The notes below the pieces were generated by a model that searched no databases, was not told where the DNA came from, and saw only the letters and a program-made list of their open reading frames with translations. The position numbers were made by a program, and so were the translations under genes. DNA of 50,848 bases, the filler included, from Streblomastix strix (taxonomy: Eukaryota): assembly GCA_008636045.1 (NCBI GenBank). It is 3 parts of 3 records of this genome, joined end to end, with 100 filler letters (N's around TTAATTAATTAA, not from the genome) between each part and the next. Parts side by side here need not be neighbours in the genome. Positions count along the whole stretch, not along the records: positions 16,985 to 33,867 come from SNRW01000755.1; 2 more parts are not named here. One strand, given 5' to 3'. The stretch's first letter is position 1. Each line of letters starts with the position of its first letter. This document shows, piece after piece, positions 16,885 to 27,300 of the stretch.

Positions 16885-16984
16885 NNNNNNNNNNNNNNNN
16901 NNNNNNNNNNNNNNNNNNNNNNNNNNNNTTAATTAATTAANNNNNNNNNNNNNNNNNNNNNNNNNNNNNNNNNNNNNNNNNNNN
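16885..16984. other. Artificial assembly spacer (44 N + TTAATTAATTAA + 44 N)
   Basis: Exactly 100 bp with a six-frame stop linker; an identical structure occurs at 33868-33967. Confidence 0.95.
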
Positions 16985-17760
16985 GAAACCTTCACTATCG
17001 GAACATATAATGGCTTTGCGATAATGATACGTGATTAAGATGGATACATTAATGCAACGAAACTAGTTAATAAGATTAATGAAATTGAATAAACAAACAA
17101 ATTATTAAAGAATATATCTACAACACATTTGTATAGGTAATATAAGCAATATATTAATGAAAAAAGGCTGGCTTGAAAACCATCCAGCCCCCTATAGATT
17201 ATCAATTAATCAATGAATATACTAATGAAGTTAGAGGAATATACATTCATCCTAGATTAGTAAATATCATTTGCATGAAAACAAGTATTAAATATTTTGA
17301 TATAGTTACAAATATAATGGACTCAATTAACGAAAATAGCTAACATACACACACTAACTTTGAAGCTAATACAAGTAGAATTATTGAACAACTTTAACGT
17401 AGAAACACTGACTATCGTAATACAATACAACAAATGGTACCTAGATTAGTTCCATAAGATAAGCAATTTGAATATATATACTCAGTTGAACTCATTAACG
17501 AAGACATTGATGGAAAGTATTACAAGGTACATAGATTACATAAAAATAGTATCAGTAAATATCCTTTAATAGCATAAAGATCAACTATCTATATCTATAA
17601 TTTACCAATAACGGTACCAATTAATCATGTAATTAAGGATATGTTAAATAAAAGAGGAATTAATATGAAAAAGCTTAGTTTTACTATTCCAAACGAATAA
17701 GATGAAGCTGAGAAAATGGAACTAATTAAATAAACCATTACAGATAGGTCAATTCATTGA
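16985..17760 (+). pseudogene. KilA-N domain protein (5' in gap; frameshift in the A-run at ~17160)
   Basis: ETFTIGTYNGFAIMIRDQDGYINATKLVNKIN...NEVRGIYIHPRLVNIICMKTSIKY carries the canonical KilA-N GYINATK and GxYxHP motifs; TGA at 17758-17760. Confidence 0.85.
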
Positions 17761-17876
17761 TTCATTAAGCATTATTTTTGCATATATAATCGTAGACTTA
17801 CCTTTTAGATTAAGAGTCTACGAGTATTCTATCAACTCTGTTGGTGGTATAAATGCTAGACTTTAATAATGTATAA

Positions 17877-19343
17877 ACGTCTTAAATAGATTTGTAAATA
17901 ATTAACAATGATAGCGAAAAGGATTACGTTGAATGGATAGCTCAAGCCCCTACTGGATGTAGATAATTTTAAAATAATAACATGAACAATATACCTCTAA
18001 ATCTATGCTTCTTTATTAATGATGATTATATTGAACTAAGGCATGAAATCAAAGGGTTAAATTTGAAGCAATAAATTAAGAATACAAATGGGACTTATAA
18101 ACTAGAATCTATTGAAACTATTCCTTCGATTAGAATTAAAATGAATTCTATAATAAATAACATGTATATATTAGATTCGAATAAATAGTCATATCTTAAT
18201 AACCCAAGCGTTAACGCATTGAAATAAACCGAGTTTAATGAGTTCATTGACCCACAGGAATAGTATTTCGAAATAGTCAAAAGTAACTAACTCCAATTCT
18301 ATCTGCTTCAATAACAGTGTAAATGAACATACTCAAAAATAGTAAAATAATACATATAGTTTGAATATAAATAATAGATCTGATATATGTAATTCTGCAT
18401 TAAACTATATCAATTTACGCTTGGATGCTATCTTATATCATTACTGGATTTGTGATTCAGATTTAGTAATAGCTTATCGATGTATTTGTCTAATAAGATT
18501 ATATGAACCAACTGGTAATAACTTCATTACGTCAATCGAACCTCTATAGAGTGCTGACTAGCCGTATTCCATTAATATAAGGTATAATTATGCGAAGAAG
18601 ATAACATTAACGAATGGTAATTTAATTGAAACCGATACTAACCCAATTAATTTATAATCATTAACGATGAAATAAATTAACAATAGCATTAATACATTCC
18701 CAATTAGAATGATATGTTCATTACCTGCATTAAACGTATAATAATGGAAGGATATATATACTGAATGTTAACTATTAAATTAGTATGGGTAATATATTCC
18801 AACAGTAGTTAATAAATATAACAGCAAATCACATTAAAATTGGTACGTTAATAGTATAGTATTATCCAACAACTTAAATATATATAATTAACTGGTGGAC
18901 TTGATTTGTATGACGGTAATAACTAAAATAATGCTAATCAATTGGCTAATATTACCTCTAACAAAAAGATAATCGACCTAGAATAATGGTTCTATAAAAC
19001 TAAGTACAATTAATAGTCATTATTATCGGACTTATCAATCTTTTGCCCTTTCATCGGTAATTTCTTAGAGTATCCTCAGATGCTAATTATATGCGTTGAT
19101 AATCTAATGATGGGTTCAATAATGTAAACCATTAATAATGTAGAGGTTTCGAATGTGTGTTATAAATAGAATCTTATAGCAGCACCTGTTCTTTGGGGTT
19201 AAAATATGCTGTCATAGACTGGATTAATGGATATGAATAGATCCTTTGTATTTAAATTGTACGATAATTTTGGACGTAGAATACCTAATTAGTTTATGGA
19301 TATATATAACAATTTGCTTTTAGAGTTGTAATATATTCAATGA
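17877..19343 (+). pseudogene. Element protein (~490 aa), putative minor capsid (penton)-like, copy B
   Basis: (ACG)SQIDLQIINNDSEKDYVEW...GNFLEYPQMLIICVDN...SNVCYKQNLIAAPVLWG...FVFKLYDNFGRRIPNQFMDIYNNLLLELQYIQ*. Start is ACG where copy A has ATG; about two frameshifts. Confidence 0.6.
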
Positions 19344-19535
19344 TAATTTAATGCTATTTTAATGGAGATTACATCTTTGATGTCAGAATCATTGATTAAT
19401 TTCAATTGGAATATAATTAATGCTCTTGAATCAATCGGTATCATCTGGCATGAGCTATTCAAATAGATATTCAACTTCGCTATCAAATATGCTTGCGAAT
19501 CAAAAATATGTCAATGATATTATTTTTGTATTTAA

Positions 19536-21021
19536 ATGAACAAATTTAATAATGATAAGGCTTATGAAATGAATAAATTGAGTTTGAAAGACTTTGTAAA
19601 TAGTTTGAATCGTTAATTTAAAACCAAGTTTACATCAAATGACTTAGAAAAATAATTCACTGAATCAGGTTATGGTTCTAAAGTAAAATATGTTAAAACA
19701 ATATCTGAGTTATATAAATAATTCCTAGATAAATTTTAAGAATACCATATTCAATCAATTAAACAAAAATAGAATCATACATTGACAGTGATAGAAGATG
19801 ATTTAATCAATCCATTCTATAAATAGAATAAGATAAAGGATTATAAATTAAAACCTTTAAAGCAATTCTATAGACCTTACTTCTCTAAATCATTAGGATC
19901 ATGGGAGATAGATATAGTATTCAATGAATAAATAAAATTATTTATTCTGTATTAATAACAATACTAAATTCTTAGTTGTTTATGAAATAAAGAATATAAC
20001 ATAAGAGGAGATATTAAGGTGTCTTGATTAATTGATTAAATAGTAACATGTATCTAATCTAAGATCTGATGGAGAGAGCGCTATTGGAAGTAAAATGGTC
20101 TAAGATTTCTTATAGGCTCATCATATATAATATTTCATGAGTAAGTCTAAATTTTCTAATAAAAATAGAGTAGTTGACAGAGTTATTCGTACCATTAGAG
20201 ATGTATTTATTGGTAAAAATATGGCCAATCCTAAGTTAATGTAGTAGATACTTAAATTCTATAATGATAAGCCCCATACTGCATTTGAATTAAAGTATTG
20301 TCCATCATAGATTAATAAAGATGAAGATTTGGAAGGTAAATATTTACGATCATAAATGAAGAAACTAGATTTGGTTAAATAATCATAGAATTAATTATCA
20401 AAACTAACGAAGGGGAATATCACACTGATTCACCTTGAATTATCAAAGACATCTTATTAATTCAAAAAATAGCGTAGATAATTTAATGAATTGGCAATAT
20501 TCGAGAAATATTAGTATGGTAATATAATCTGTAGGTTATTGAAACCATATAAGGATATACAATAAGTTGGAATACCTATTTACTTCGCTAAGATGGTAAG
20601 TGATAATTTAGAAAACTTAGATGTTAAATATAAATAGACTTTTTTCCCTATGAAAATGGACACAATTAATGAATAAAACAATGAAGAGGTTATTACTTAA
20701 AAACGTAAATATGAAAGAAAAGAAGGTGTTAAATGTGGTAGACCTAAGAAATATAATACAATAGAGGAGGCTAAAAATAAAGCAAGAGAATAACGAAGTG
20801 CTTTTAAAAAGAAGTAATATGTAATCACTAAGTAATTTAGATAAACAATCTCAGAATTATAACGTACCGCTATTCGACAGATTTAAAAGGTGAAGCTAGA
20901 GGAATAAGATATAATCACTATACTTAATATACTTGAGAAATATATGCATAATTAACTAAAAGAGCTAACTGAAAACAATGATGAAGATGAAACTATAGAT
21001 GAAGATAATTAGGCATTATGA
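19536..21021 (+). pseudogene. rve integrase with D-D35-D triad and C-terminal AT-hook extension; one +1 frameshift at ~19935
   Basis: RPYFSKSLGSWEID (D 19911), YLFCINNNTKFLVVY, NLRSDGES (D 20068), NRVVDRVIRTIRD (D 20176), YNDKPHTA, then in frame GVKCGRPKKYNTIEEAK; TGA at 21019-21021. Confidence 0.88.
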
Positions 21022-21029
21022 TTGTTATT

Positions 21030-21266
21030 CTCGTAGAGACTACGCTGACTAGTCAGATTATTTTTCTTCAATCGTTTGTCCTCCAACATATTCATTAATA
21101 ATAGTACTGCTTCTTAACTGTTTATTTATGCTTGACCAATAACCTATTTTAATTAATCCATTGTCAATCGTCTAATAAATTAACGTAGAATGAATCGTAG
21201 CTCTATCGATGGATCTGACTTAGTAGCTAAACAGAGTAATGATGATAAGAATTAACTGTATTTCAT
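21030..21266 (-). CDS. Small conserved element protein, copy B (3' end uncertain)
   Basis: MKYSQFLSSLLCLATKSDPSIELRFILRQFIRRLTMDQLKQVIGQAQINSQEAVLLL; homologue of 2625-2822. Confidence 0.65.
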
Positions 21267-21299
21267 ATATTCTTACACTTACATTTTTTGATAATTAAA

Positions 21300-22385
21300 A
21301 TGAGCTTAACAAACTCTACTAAAGATAGTTTATTGATAATTGCTAATAGACTGGATATACCTATTACAAATGGATATACTAATAAAGTAATATAAATATT
21401 TATATTAAATAAACTAGCTGACTATGGATATTAAGGTAATTAATAATTACATATGATTAATAGCTTTATAAATTAAAAATATTCATAATCTTCAATATAA
21501 TAACCATTTAAATTAAAATTAGGAGACTAGTTTGACTTACGTGAATAATTATCGTTTTATAATAATCCAGATAAGACTCTCTAAAAATATAGAAAAGAAT
21601 TAGAGCAAAGATCATTAGATCTACTATCAATGAGATCAATAGCTTAAGATATATTATATGATTAGATATAAGCATAAGCAATAGCAAAAAATATGATAAA
21701 TAATACCATTGGAATAGGTGATCCTTCGTTAGTTTCAATATCTAATGTTAATGCGTAACTTGCATCCGGTATTCACAATTATAAAGATATATAACCATAT
21801 TTAAATTACAATGCGCTATAAAATTAACCATCATAAGTTATAGCTACTAAAGAATTACCTGCAAATTAATATAAAGAAAGAGAAGATATAATAAATGAAG
21901 GAACATAAAAAGAGAAAGAAGAAGTGCTTCATTAAGATAAGGAGTTTGAGACTGAAAATAATTAGGATCGATTAGATAATGATGTATTAGAAGATATACC
22001 ACTTGCTCCATCAATTATAGCACCTTAAGATTAAAAATCACTTGTATAAGAATAAACTGAATAAGATAAAATTGAAGACTTATAATCATAAGAAATGTCT
22101 AGAAAGAATGATGCAATTAATTATATGTTAGGATCATTGGATTGGGGATTAAATTCTATCAATACCGTTCAATTACCTTAGAAGGTAGTAAGTATGAGAA
22201 TCAATGATAAAATACGATCTTACATATAAATGATCAAAGTGCTATCAAAAGTAGAAAAAGTGAATTAAGCTAAAATTAAAAAGAACTTCATTAGTGAAAT
22301 ATAAATGATTGCAACGGTAGAAGCATAGAAAGAACTTAAAAAGAAATATGGTAAAAAATAACTTAAAAAGAAAAGCAAAAATTGA
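21300..22385 (+). CDS. Element hypothetical protein, 361 aa, intact
   Basis: Uninterrupted ATG-to-TGA frame MSLTNSTKDSLLIIANRLDIPIT...YMLGSLDWGLN...KELKKKYGKKQLKKKSKN*; homologue at 3009-4130. Confidence 0.75.
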
Positions 22386-22422
22386 TAAACATATCATGAT
22401 GAAACCACAATCAGAGATTGGG

Positions 22423-24705
22423 TCAGCTCTGCTGCCATAGATTTGAGCTTATCCCAAGGGACCAGAATCTTGCTGTAAGCAGGATCTTTGATTATCGATT
22501 ATCAGCTAAGTAAATATAACTATCAGCTGTTAATCCATAGATAAACGGCGCACAACTCTAACTATTTTTAAGTACTTTCATCTTAGTTTATATACCAGTT
22601 AACGCATTCTTTGTCTATATCAGCTTATTCATACAATAAGTCTTTGACAGTTAACCTTCCTATAGTTAATTAGATAATTGTCCTAGTCTCATATTAGTTC
22701 CTTGAGTTATTTTTCCATTAACGATATTATCAATCGCATCCTATTTGTTTATGCTATTTTATCTCAGATTAAGTCCTTTTAATCTAATTTCTTCGGTTAA
22801 TTAATTGCTTTTAATTGTATGTATATAGTAATTCTTTGGCGCTAATGCAATCATCTCATCACTTTCATTTTCAATAGATAAACCTAGTAATTTCTTCTCA
22901 TCATATTTAAAACCTTGGTGTAAGTTATCTTCATATGCTCTTTGAGCCTAGACTCGTAGAGTATTTTACTATTAATTTGTATCATTGAGTATAACTTATT
23001 TACCAAAATCAGTTACACTGCTGGCAGCTTTGACGCTAATTGTCCAATAAGCTAAATAAGTATCTCCTTCCAAGAAATGAAGCTTAGTCATATCCATGCA
23101 TTTATACATAAAATTATATATGAAATTAAGATTCCAATACTTAGCATTGTCTAGTGTAAAATAAGCTACTTATAAACATATATTACATTTGCAATTCTTG
23201 AGATTAAATTGAACTGCATAAAGGTTATCAGCTAATTTATGATCATTCATCCATGATTACTTAGTATATGCTTCTAATGTCTTCTCTCTAGTAAGTAGTT
23301 TGATCTTGTTATATTTCTCAGTATTCATACCATCAGATCCATAAAAAGCGTTTAAAATCATCTTACAAAATTTATCCAAATCACTATTCTTATTTTTGAT
23401 TGCTTCAATGCGTTTATTCATGAACTCGTTAACGAAAGCATTAAATTTGGTATGTTTATCAAAAGTAACTAGTTGTTTAATATCATCAATAATAAAATGA
23501 CAATCATTAATTAAGAACCACAAATAATAAGAACAATGGTCAAATATTAATTGTGTGTGGGTAATAATTATGTTAATTTCGTTTCTTGCTTATCAGTTTT
23601 AACTCCTACTTATTACATCTAGTCATACATATATTACCCGATAACTGGTTTACTTGATTAGTATGACAATTTGCGAAATATTGGGGGAAATTAATGAAAT
23701 CATTAATGTAGTACTCATCAATGTATCCCTTCAGTTATGCAATGAATAGTTATCCCCAATCAGTGAATCGATCAGCTGAGTGGATTATTTTTCTCGTTTA
23801 GATTGGATCATTAATTACACCTGTTACTGATCCGCACATAAACATAATACCGTTAGTGTACTTGTTAAAGGAATGATATTAAGAAGAGAAGCAACTGGGG
23901 TATAATGAGTTAAAATCTACTCCACAGATATGGGTAAAAGTATGATTTGGTATTGATTACTGTTATTGTTTTATTGGTTTCATTATAATGGTGTCGTTTA
24001 ATTGTATCGAAATTGGCCCGATTTTAACGGTGCATTACATTTGATAGTCCACCTGTAATATTACGCCTTATGAGTTAATATACTTCATCATTTGCAATTG
24101 TTTAGGTTAGATGATTAATGTTGCAGTTTCTACGTAGTTAAATAAATTGTCTTGTTACTTTCTCATCTTTATACGACTTACAACGATTGCAATATAAGCA
24201 ACAGGGTTAACAGTTTGATTTAGTATGAGGGAGTTTATTATCAATTCTATCTAGTGTAGGCTTATTATCCATTGTAAATTTATCACCACAAATAGCCCAA
24301 TTAGATTTATCGAATAGATTCTTATAGTATTCATAGTCGTTAATCGTCACATTATTGTTTGTCTTACGATGTTTTTATTCGTCCTATATGTTATATCCAA
24401 TTACTTTATAATTCCAATAGCTTTGAGATGGAGTGAGTGGTTTTGATTTAGATTGTTACTGTGGATAATTAATGTTAAGATCGAAATCTTTGTAAGCTAG
24501 AGCATATTTAATAGCATTTGCATTAGCAGCAAGGCTCATGAAACTAAGCATATCGACATTGTATTAATAGAACCAATTAATGAGATTGTTTAACGGTTAT
24601 ATCATTATCTAGGTGTCTAATTCATTATAGTGTTACAGAAAGTTCCATCGTGTTGCGTAATTTTTAAGCATCACTGAGATATAGTAAGTAATGTTCATCA
24701 TCCAA
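22423..24705 (-). pseudogene. Protein-primed-type family B DNA polymerase (pPolB) with HNH insertion; 5'-truncated and catalytically mutated
   Basis: ExoIII RWNFLQHYNELD, ITGGLSNVMHR, motif A GVDFNSLYPS (~23895-23925), motif B CKMILNAFYGSDGMN, motif C EGDTYL (DTDS altered), LAPKNY, IRLKG. Confidence 0.9.
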
Positions 24706-25233
24706 TTATTCCTAGGAGTTTCATACTGAAGGACGGATTTGACGGATCTGTCCGCAGAGAGTTTGCCCAATGACAGATTTTTTTTCTAATAAAATTCCAA
24801 ATATCAATCAAAATAAATTTTTAAAAAAAAATTTTTTTCCCACAAAAACTTTATTTTAAATTTTAAAAAAATTTATTAAAAAAATTCCCTTTGTATTATT
24901 TATTTTCAAGACTTATCAGATCAATATAATTTGGAATGGGTTCTAGAATGCCTACCATATTATGTTTATTAAAATATACAAGAGCAATGACATAAGATCG
25001 TGAAATAATGATGTGTGTATGAATAATAAAAATAATACGGTTTGGCAAAAAATGTAACAATAATCAACTAATTTATTAGTATTCTTACTTATCAAACTAA
25101 TTCAAAACCAGGATGGTAATAAATAACATAAAAAATAATCAAATATCAATCTTCATTATTTCGCAAGGCGATAAAAATGATTTCAATATATATAAGTTCA
25201 AAATGAATCATTTCAGAGATCAGTAATCAATAA

Positions 25234-26656
25234 TCACTTATCATCTTTTTTAGCTTCTGCACCTTAGACTCCTTTTCCTTCAAGTTCTTCAGCTGCTGGA
25301 CGTTGCTCAAGGTTTCGCTTCAGTTGCTCTGAAGAGGAATATAAAATATAAAGGAATTATGAATAAAGATGATTAATTGTGTTTAAATTATAAAATGAGT
25401 TTAAATTAAAAAAATTATGATAAATTGATTAAAAAATTATCATACATTTAGCCAAGTTAATCTTCAATTAGTCAGCCTGAGCTTATTTATCGGCAGGAAG
25501 TTCACCATGGATAATATCTTGGAATAATAATAAAAAAGAATTAAAACAATAGTAAATTTAAATAAAATTATAATATAAATAAAATAGTATAATATAAAAC
25601 AGAATTGAAATATCAAAGATTAACAAAATTCAATCAAACTTTTATCAATCAGATCCTGTTTGTCAGTGCGCGATTGGAGATTGTTGTGAAGGTCCTTCTT
25701 CAACTTCTCCTTGGAAAGAGCATCAGCTTGTTGTACAAATCGATCGGGGACGCCTAATTATTTATTATTATTAATAATATGTTAATTATAAAATCAAGAG
25801 AGAATGTAAATCAATGAATTGTTATAAAGTTGTGTATTGTATACCTGGCTGACGAATAATGTCTAATTGGAAGATGAAATAATAATAATAATAATAATAA
25901 GTAAATAAATAACAACTATAACAACAATAACAATAAAAAACAATATTTCTATGTATTAAATCATATTATATTATATATATAATAAATAATATCAAACTTT
26001 TGTCTACCAGTTCCTACTTATCTGAACGTGACTGCAGACTCTAGTTGAGATCCTTCTTCACTTTTTCTTTGGCAAGACTCTCAGCTTATTGCGCAAAGCG
26101 GTCGGGTGCTCCTAATTAAATATGAATAAATAATAAATTAAAAACAAATATAAATAATAAAAATATTTATATTAGATTAAATATATAAATGCAAGAAAAA
26201 ATATTTTTATAGGATTAAATACGAAATTAAAATTAAACCTGTCTAATGAATAATGTTCCTGTTTATCAAATCATCCTTATCTTCTCGTTTCTCCAGACTG
26301 TGGTACAATTATGCTGCATAATATGTAAAAAAATTAAAAAATTAAAAAAAAGTTGCAAAAGAATAAAAAATTAGGGTATAATATTATTTATGTTTCAGAT
26401 ATATATAGTTAATTTATGTACCCTTTGCCAAATTCTATTTGAGGTCTTCTGCCTAAGGTTGTAATGATGCAGGAAGACCACCACGGATAATATCTTGTAA
26501 AAAAGGATGTAGAGGATAAAATTAGTGTAAATATAGTAATGGCGTACTTTTATCAATCAAATCATCCCTAGGTACTCTATCTTATAAATTCTCCAGTAGA
26601 TCCTTCCTGCTATTTTCTTTGTCAATCGGATGGTCATCGATTGCAACCTAAGTCAT
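25234..26656 (-). CDS. RPEL-repeat (G-actin-binding-like) protein, 7 exons
   Basis: Spliced product has five repeats: LLENLQDRVPRDDLIDKNII, LYHSLEKREDKDDLINRNII, LNQSLQSRSDKQELVDKNII, LHNNLQSRTDKQDLIDKNII, LKRNLEQRPAAEELEGKGV. All introns are GT-AG and phase-compatible; 18-nt microexon at 25845-25862. Confidence 0.8.
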
Positions 26657-27002
26657 TAAAAATAAAACAGTAAAATGTAATAAACCTTGTTAATCCATAT
26701 AATAATGTAGTTATGAACGCAAGTAAAGTATAAATGAATATTTAAAATAAGAAAGACGATTAAGATAGTGTGTTTTTAATGAATTAATTGGAAAATTTTC
26801 CGAAGTCGGCCCAGCCGCCAGGATGGGTAAACGAAATCTAAATAGTTAATATAGATTTTTAAATTTATAAGTTAATTATTGCTCAATGATTGTTTTGAGT
26901 GAATTGTGACTGGATATGCCGTAAATTTATTTTTCAATATTACGTAACAGTCTTCGGCCAAGTCTGTTATTAAATTGCCATTTAACAATTATATTTGTTC
27001 AG

Positions 27003-27098
27003 TGCATACGTGTGGCGTTGTTTCAGCTTGTGCCATTGTTGGTGTGAGAAGCAGTGCCAAATCGAACCATTGCCTGCGTTCCTCGGCTGCATACAATT
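27003..27098 (+). ncRNA. Candidate H/ACA-type snoRNA
   Basis: GC-rich island with two irregular hairpins (CATAC/GTGTG + TGGC/GCCA; GCA..GCC/GGCTGC + GAAC/GTTC), an AGAAGCA hinge and ACA at 27093-27095. Confidence 0.4.
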
Positions 27099-27300
27099 TG
27101 TTCTCCATTTTATTATGCTCTTATGAATAAGCACATTATAAAAATATGCAAACAAATAGAATAACTTACTTGACATGTTATATTTTATAAATCCATTGCT
27201 GTACATGAATGAAGCTTTTTTCCATAAATTTTCTAATATTATTTTATTTTATTTGTATTTCTTTAATAATTGTATTTAAAATCGAAACTTTAGATTTACA

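Larger units (their letters stand above)
16985..24705. mobile_element. Polinton/Maverick-like element, copy B (KilA-N, penton-like, integrase, orphans, pPolB), decayed and truncated
   Basis: An rve integrase and a protein-primed-type PolB co-occur in a compact intron-less gene array, with homologous genes in copy A. Confidence 0.88.

Noticed and set aside
16929..16940. Palindromic TTAATTAATTAA inside N-runs (also 33912-33923)
   Set aside because: Artificial six-frame stop linker in a fixed 100-bp spacer. Linkage of the DIRS element to Polinton copy B across it cannot be assumed.
17795..17814. CCTTTTA loop resembling U5 loop I and ACTTACCT resembling the U1 5' end
   Set aside because: Does not match GCCTTTTAC, has no Sm site or remaining snRNA structure, and lies within a mobile element.
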